Shown here piece after piece: positions 25,080 through 27,763 of a stretch of DNA of 27,763 nucleotides. The notes below the pieces were generated by a model, which worked only from the letters and a program-made list of their open reading frames with translations, had not been told where the DNA came from and searched no databases. The stretch is taken from the NCBI GenBank assembly GCA_049974095.1, contig JBMFJD010000011.1:1-27763 (forward strand), read 5' to 3'. Numbering within the stretch: the first letter of the stretch is position 1; every line of letters starts with the position of its first letter. Made by a program: the position numbers and the translations under genes. This DNA is from Nanopusillaceae archaeon (GTDB lineage Archaea; Nanobdellota; Nanobdellia; Nanobdellales; Nanobdellaceae).

Positions 25080-25494
25080 AGAAATCTGTAATTAGATCCT
25101 TAACGTCATCAGCAGTACCTATGTTTTTAACATTAAATGTTACAAGACTCTTAGCAGAATCCATTCCTATTTCACAATAAGCATCTGGATAATCTCTGCA
25201 TTGGTTTGGGAAAACCATTTCGAAATATCCTGATGGAACAATTCTATTAAATGATGCTGATTTTGTAAATCCTAAAATTGGATCGTAGTCTATATATGAA
25301 GATGCAAGCTCAGCTCCTGGTATAGTATTTTTTAGATAATCTGTTGTAGAATCTGTAAACTCTATATGACATACTACTCCTGAAGCAAATCCACCACTCG
25401 ATAATCTTACATCCTTTATTATTATATCTCTGTTTGCTAATCTTACACCTTGTATTTTATTTACTATATCCTTACATTCGTTAGGTATATCCAT
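25066..25494 (-). CDS. Cytoplasmic protein (142 aa), unknown function
   Basis: ATG start, in a minus-strand operon with 25511-25759 and 24831-25079. The N-terminal MDIPNECKDIVNKIQG…NRD motif is shared with 24078-24494. Confidence 0.6.
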   Translation of the reverse strand: MDIPNECKDIVNKIQGVRLANRDIIIKDVRLSSGGFASGVVCHIEFTDSTTDYLKNTIPGAELASSYIDYDPILGFTKSASFNRIVPSGYFEMVFPNQCRDYPDAYCEIGMDSAKSLVTFNVKNIGTADDVKDLITDFYGKF

Positions 25495-25510
25495 AATATA
25501 TAATTTCTTT

Positions 25511-25759
25511 TTATACTATATATATTTTATTATTATTTTCCTTAGATATTATTACTATTACGATATCTTTTATAGCATCTATAGTAATATTATCTTCTGG
25601 TATACCTACCTCTAAAAACATATCATAGAGATATTGAAGTTCATCCCAGCTCATCATACTACCATCAAATATAAATATTATTGTTTCATTGTCTCTTATA
25701 ATTCTAATATAGCTCTTAGCGATAATATCCATTATTTTCTGGAATTCTTTATAGTTCAT
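25511..25759 (-). CDS. Small cytoplasmic protein (82 aa), unknown function
   Basis: First gene of the minus-strand operon, with an AT-rich divergent promoter upstream. Carries the N-terminal KIMDIIAKSYIRIIRD motif. Confidence 0.55.
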   Translation of the reverse strand: MNYKEFQKIMDIIAKSYIRIIRDNETIIFIFDGSMMSWDELQYLYDMFLEVGIPEDNITIDAIKDIVIVIISKENNNKIYIV

Positions 25760-25775
25760 AATATTTAAACAATTG

Positions 25776-25788
25776 TATTATTAATAAG
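25776..25788. promoter_or_regulatory. Shared AT-rich TATA region of a divergent promoter (minus-strand operon 25759<- and hjc-like 25811->)
   Basis: TATTATTAATAAG lies about 23-24 nt from ATG 25759 on the minus strand and about 28 nt from ATG 25811 on the plus strand. The intergenic region is 51 nt. Confidence 0.4.
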
Positions 25789-25810
25789 TTTTGTATGCAT
25801 ATTTATATTT

Positions 25811-26149
25811 ATGAACAATTACAAAATAGGATACTATTATGAAAGGAGAGTAAGAGAGTATTTGGAATCGGGTGGTAAATATATAGTATGGAGAACACCT
25901 GGTTCAAAGTCTCCTATAGATATTATTGCCATAAATAAGGATACAGGAGAGGTATTATTAGTACAGGTTAAGAAGACTGATTATGAATCACCAGATGATA
26001 TATACGATAGGGTAAAAAAAGAATTAGAAGAATTTGCATCATCATTCAAAACAGATAATGTTAAAGTAGAGTTATGGGTATTTTCAAATAGAAGGCTATC
26101 TGTATACTCAATAAATAAAAACAATGGACAAGGAGAACAACAAAGATAG
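25811..26149 (+). CDS. hjc: Hjc-family (PD-(D/E)xK) Holliday junction resolvase homologue, 112 aa, with Q in place of the catalytic E of the ExK motif
   Basis: KIGYYYERRVREYLESGGKYIVWRTPGSKSPIDIIAINKDTGEVLLVQVKK aligns by eye with Sulfolobus Hjc (GSAVERNIV…GFAVVRAPASGS…PDIIA…ILIEMKS). E11, D37 and K54 are conserved. Position 52 is Q (CAG, nt 25964-25966). Confidence 0.75.
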   Translation: MNNYKIGYYYERRVREYLESGGKYIVWRTPGSKSPIDIIAINKDTGEVLLVQVKKTDYESPDDIYDRVKKELEEFASSFKTDNVKVELWVFSNRRLSVYSINKNNGQGEQQR

Positions 26150-26354
26150 TTGTAACAACAACAATAGAAGTTTTAGCATTATTATTTCCAAACAAGTTTC
26201 TATCAGAACCATATAAATATTTTGTTGGAATCATAATATCTCTAGACATCTTAGTACTTATAAATGTATTGAAGCAAATATAGTACGGTTAACGATAGTG
26301 TTATAATAGAAATCTTTAAATAATAATATATAATTTCATAATTCTTGAATATAA

Positions 26355-26368
26355 ATAAATATAAATAA
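26355..26368 (+). promoter_or_regulatory. TATA-like box (ATAAATATAAATAA) for gene 26389->
   Basis: Its centre is about 26-27 nt upstream of ATG 26389. Confidence 0.4.
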
Positions 26369-26388
26369 GTATCTTATATAATATAATT

Positions 26389-27763
26389 ATGGATAAAAGA
26401 AAGATACTTGTATTGTCTCTTTTAGGTTTAGGTATGCTAGGAATACCGGTGTTCTCACAAAATGAATTAACCGTGACGAACATGTCGGTATATACAGTAT
26501 CTGTATTAAACTTTACATATAATGGAACATATGGAGCAAATGTATTTGCTGTAAGTCACTATACTTACAATAATACTCCTTATATTTTAACAGTATTAGG
26601 AACTAATTATCCTATCTCTGTTGATCTATTTAACATTACTGGAGGATTAGTTACATCAGAGAATATTTCTAGTTTAGTACAAAACTTGATGAATCAGGGC
26701 TATTCTCTAGGTAATATATTCATCTATGAATATAATGATACTGCTTATATAGATATACCATTCTACCAATATTCAGGATCATTCTATACAGGTTCATATA
26801 CCGATTTATATTTATACCAAATGACAGTAAATGGTAATAACATTTCATCTCCTCAATTAGTATCTAATGCTACCATAAGTGGAAGCCTATCAAATATTTA
26901 TTTCATAGATACTCCTGAAAATACTCAATATATAATTACAAATAATGGAATATATTCTACAAATGGTACGGCATTATTGTCATTGGCAGCTCCTATAAGT
27001 AGTCTTTATTTACATATTTTACCTACAGAAAGTAATATCTATATGGATTATAGTTATTATATTTATAACAATAATTTCCTATTTTCTCTTGCTGACATAA
27101 ATCTTAATACTGGTCAACTTTATATATTTTACAATAATACGAATACTTTATATGGATTTACAGTATTTGTATCAACATATTATCCAAACGATTCTGCAAT
27201 CGCTGTAGATACTCCAGATTGGAATGATCTTATTGTAAATACTACTATGTATAGTTTATCTTCAACTTTCTGTACTACATTCGGTGGAGAACCTGCATAT
27301 ATATATAATAATTATCTTGGAATGTTTAGTAACTATCCAAATGTTACTATAACATTCAATATTTTCAATATTACTAATAATACCTTATATTGTTTTCCAT
27401 ACTCTTATAATGGTTCTATCGAGTTTATAATACCAAATCTATCCATGAGTATTCCTATTACATCTGTAATATATTCTGTAACACCAATTTATTATAATGG
27501 TTCCGATATATTCTTATTAGTTCCTTTAATAGACTCGGGATATCTATTTGATTTCAATTTAACAAATATTACAGTAGGTTATAATAACTTCACAGGTTCA
27601 TGTACAGCAGATAACTATTTAATATCATGTTCAAATAATGGAGAAACTGATATATATGTAGTATCTGGACAACCATTAACTCCAACCCCTACACAAATTT
27701 ATTATAGCCTTATTAACCAATATGCATGTTATCCACAACAATTTAATTATACTAACTTTACAG
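26389..27763 (+). CDS. 5' part (458 codons) of another secreted N-glycosylated protein, open to the window end; not in the supplied ORF track
   Basis: My own translation from ATG 26389 has no stop through nt 27763. Signal peptide MDKRKILVLSLLGLGMLGIPVFS|QN. Many sequons. Blade-like repeats (IYFIDTPENTQYIITNNG, LADINLNTGQLYIFYN) suggest a beta-propeller. A TATA-like box lies about 26 nt upstream. Confidence 0.75.
   Translation, partial: MDKRKILVLSLLGLGMLGIPVFSQNELTVTNMSVYTVSVLNFTYNGTYGANVFAVSHYTYNNTPYILTVLGTNYPISVDLFNITGGLVTSENISSLVQNLMNQGYSLGNIFIYEYNDTAYIDIPFYQYSGSFYTGSYTDLYLYQMTVNGNNISSPQLVSNATISGSLSNIYFIDTPENTQYIITNNGIYSTNGTALLSLAAPISSLYLHILPTESNIYMDYSYYIYNNNFLFSLADINLNTGQLYIFYNNTNTLYGFTVFVSTYYPNDSAIAVDTPDWNDLIVNTTMYSLSSTFCTTFGGEPAYIYNNYLGMFSNYPNVTITFNIFNITNNTLYCFPYSYNGSIEFIIPNLSMSIPITSVIYSVTPIYYNGSDIFLLVPLIDSGYLFDFNLTNITVGYNNFTGSCTADNYLISCSNNGETDIYVVSGQPLTPTPTQIYYSLINQYACYPQQFNYTNFT

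Noticed and set aside
26061-26249. 62-aa minus-strand ORF overlapping the 3' end of the hjc-like gene
   Set aside because: Its hydrophobic half is just the antisense of Lys/Asn/Glu-rich codons of the hjc-like gene, and the TATA spacing is poor. A real small gene in 26150-26249 cannot be fully excluded.
1-27763. Search for CRISPR arrays, tRNA/rRNA genes, integrase, attachment sites or terminal inverted repeats
   Set aside because: I saw no regularly spaced direct repeats. No GC-rich ~75-nt patch stands out from the AT-rich background as a thermophile tRNA would. There are no tyrosine- or serine-recombinase motifs and no long terminal repeats within the window. Because this was a by-eye scan, it is weak evidence for absence.

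Overview
The window is AT-rich (about 30% GC by eye, not computed) and tightly packed, with about 31 protein-coding genes. I found no rRNA, tRNA, CRISPR array, ribosomal-protein gene or metabolic gene. About two thirds of the bases, summed from coordinates, encode 11 predicted secreted or membrane-anchored proteins, five of them over 700 aa (up to 1291 aa). These proteins are rich in Asn, Thr, Tyr, Gln and Ile and dense in N-x-S/T sequons. They are built from repeated beta-sandwich modules, and several carry DUF2341-like or lectin-like signatures or Cys-rich knots. A small information-processing set sits among them:
- a mini-MCM AAA+ helicase (15599-16756, minus strand)
- a possible archaeo-eukaryotic-primase-like protein (20887-21573, minus strand)
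- an Hjc-type Holliday-junction-resolvase homologue with an E->Q change in the catalytic ExK motif (25811-26149)
- two winged-helix proteins, one of them membrane-tethered
- a DUF1922-like zinc ribbon
- three tandem small paralogous HTH-like genes, plus a fourth distant copy

Transcription signals look archaeal. TATA-like boxes sit about 24-28 nt upstream of ATGs, which implies leaderless mRNAs, and oligo-T tracts follow several genes. ATGA/TAATG start-stop overlaps link genes inside operons. My overall reading is an archaeal virus, provirus or plasmid-like element from an AT-rich, probably thermoacidophilic lineage (Sulfolobales-like or a nanoarchaeal symbiont). No recognisable capsid, packaging ATPase or integrase lies in this window. 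All functional calls come from reading motifs by eye, with no database search, and most large proteins remain of unknown function.
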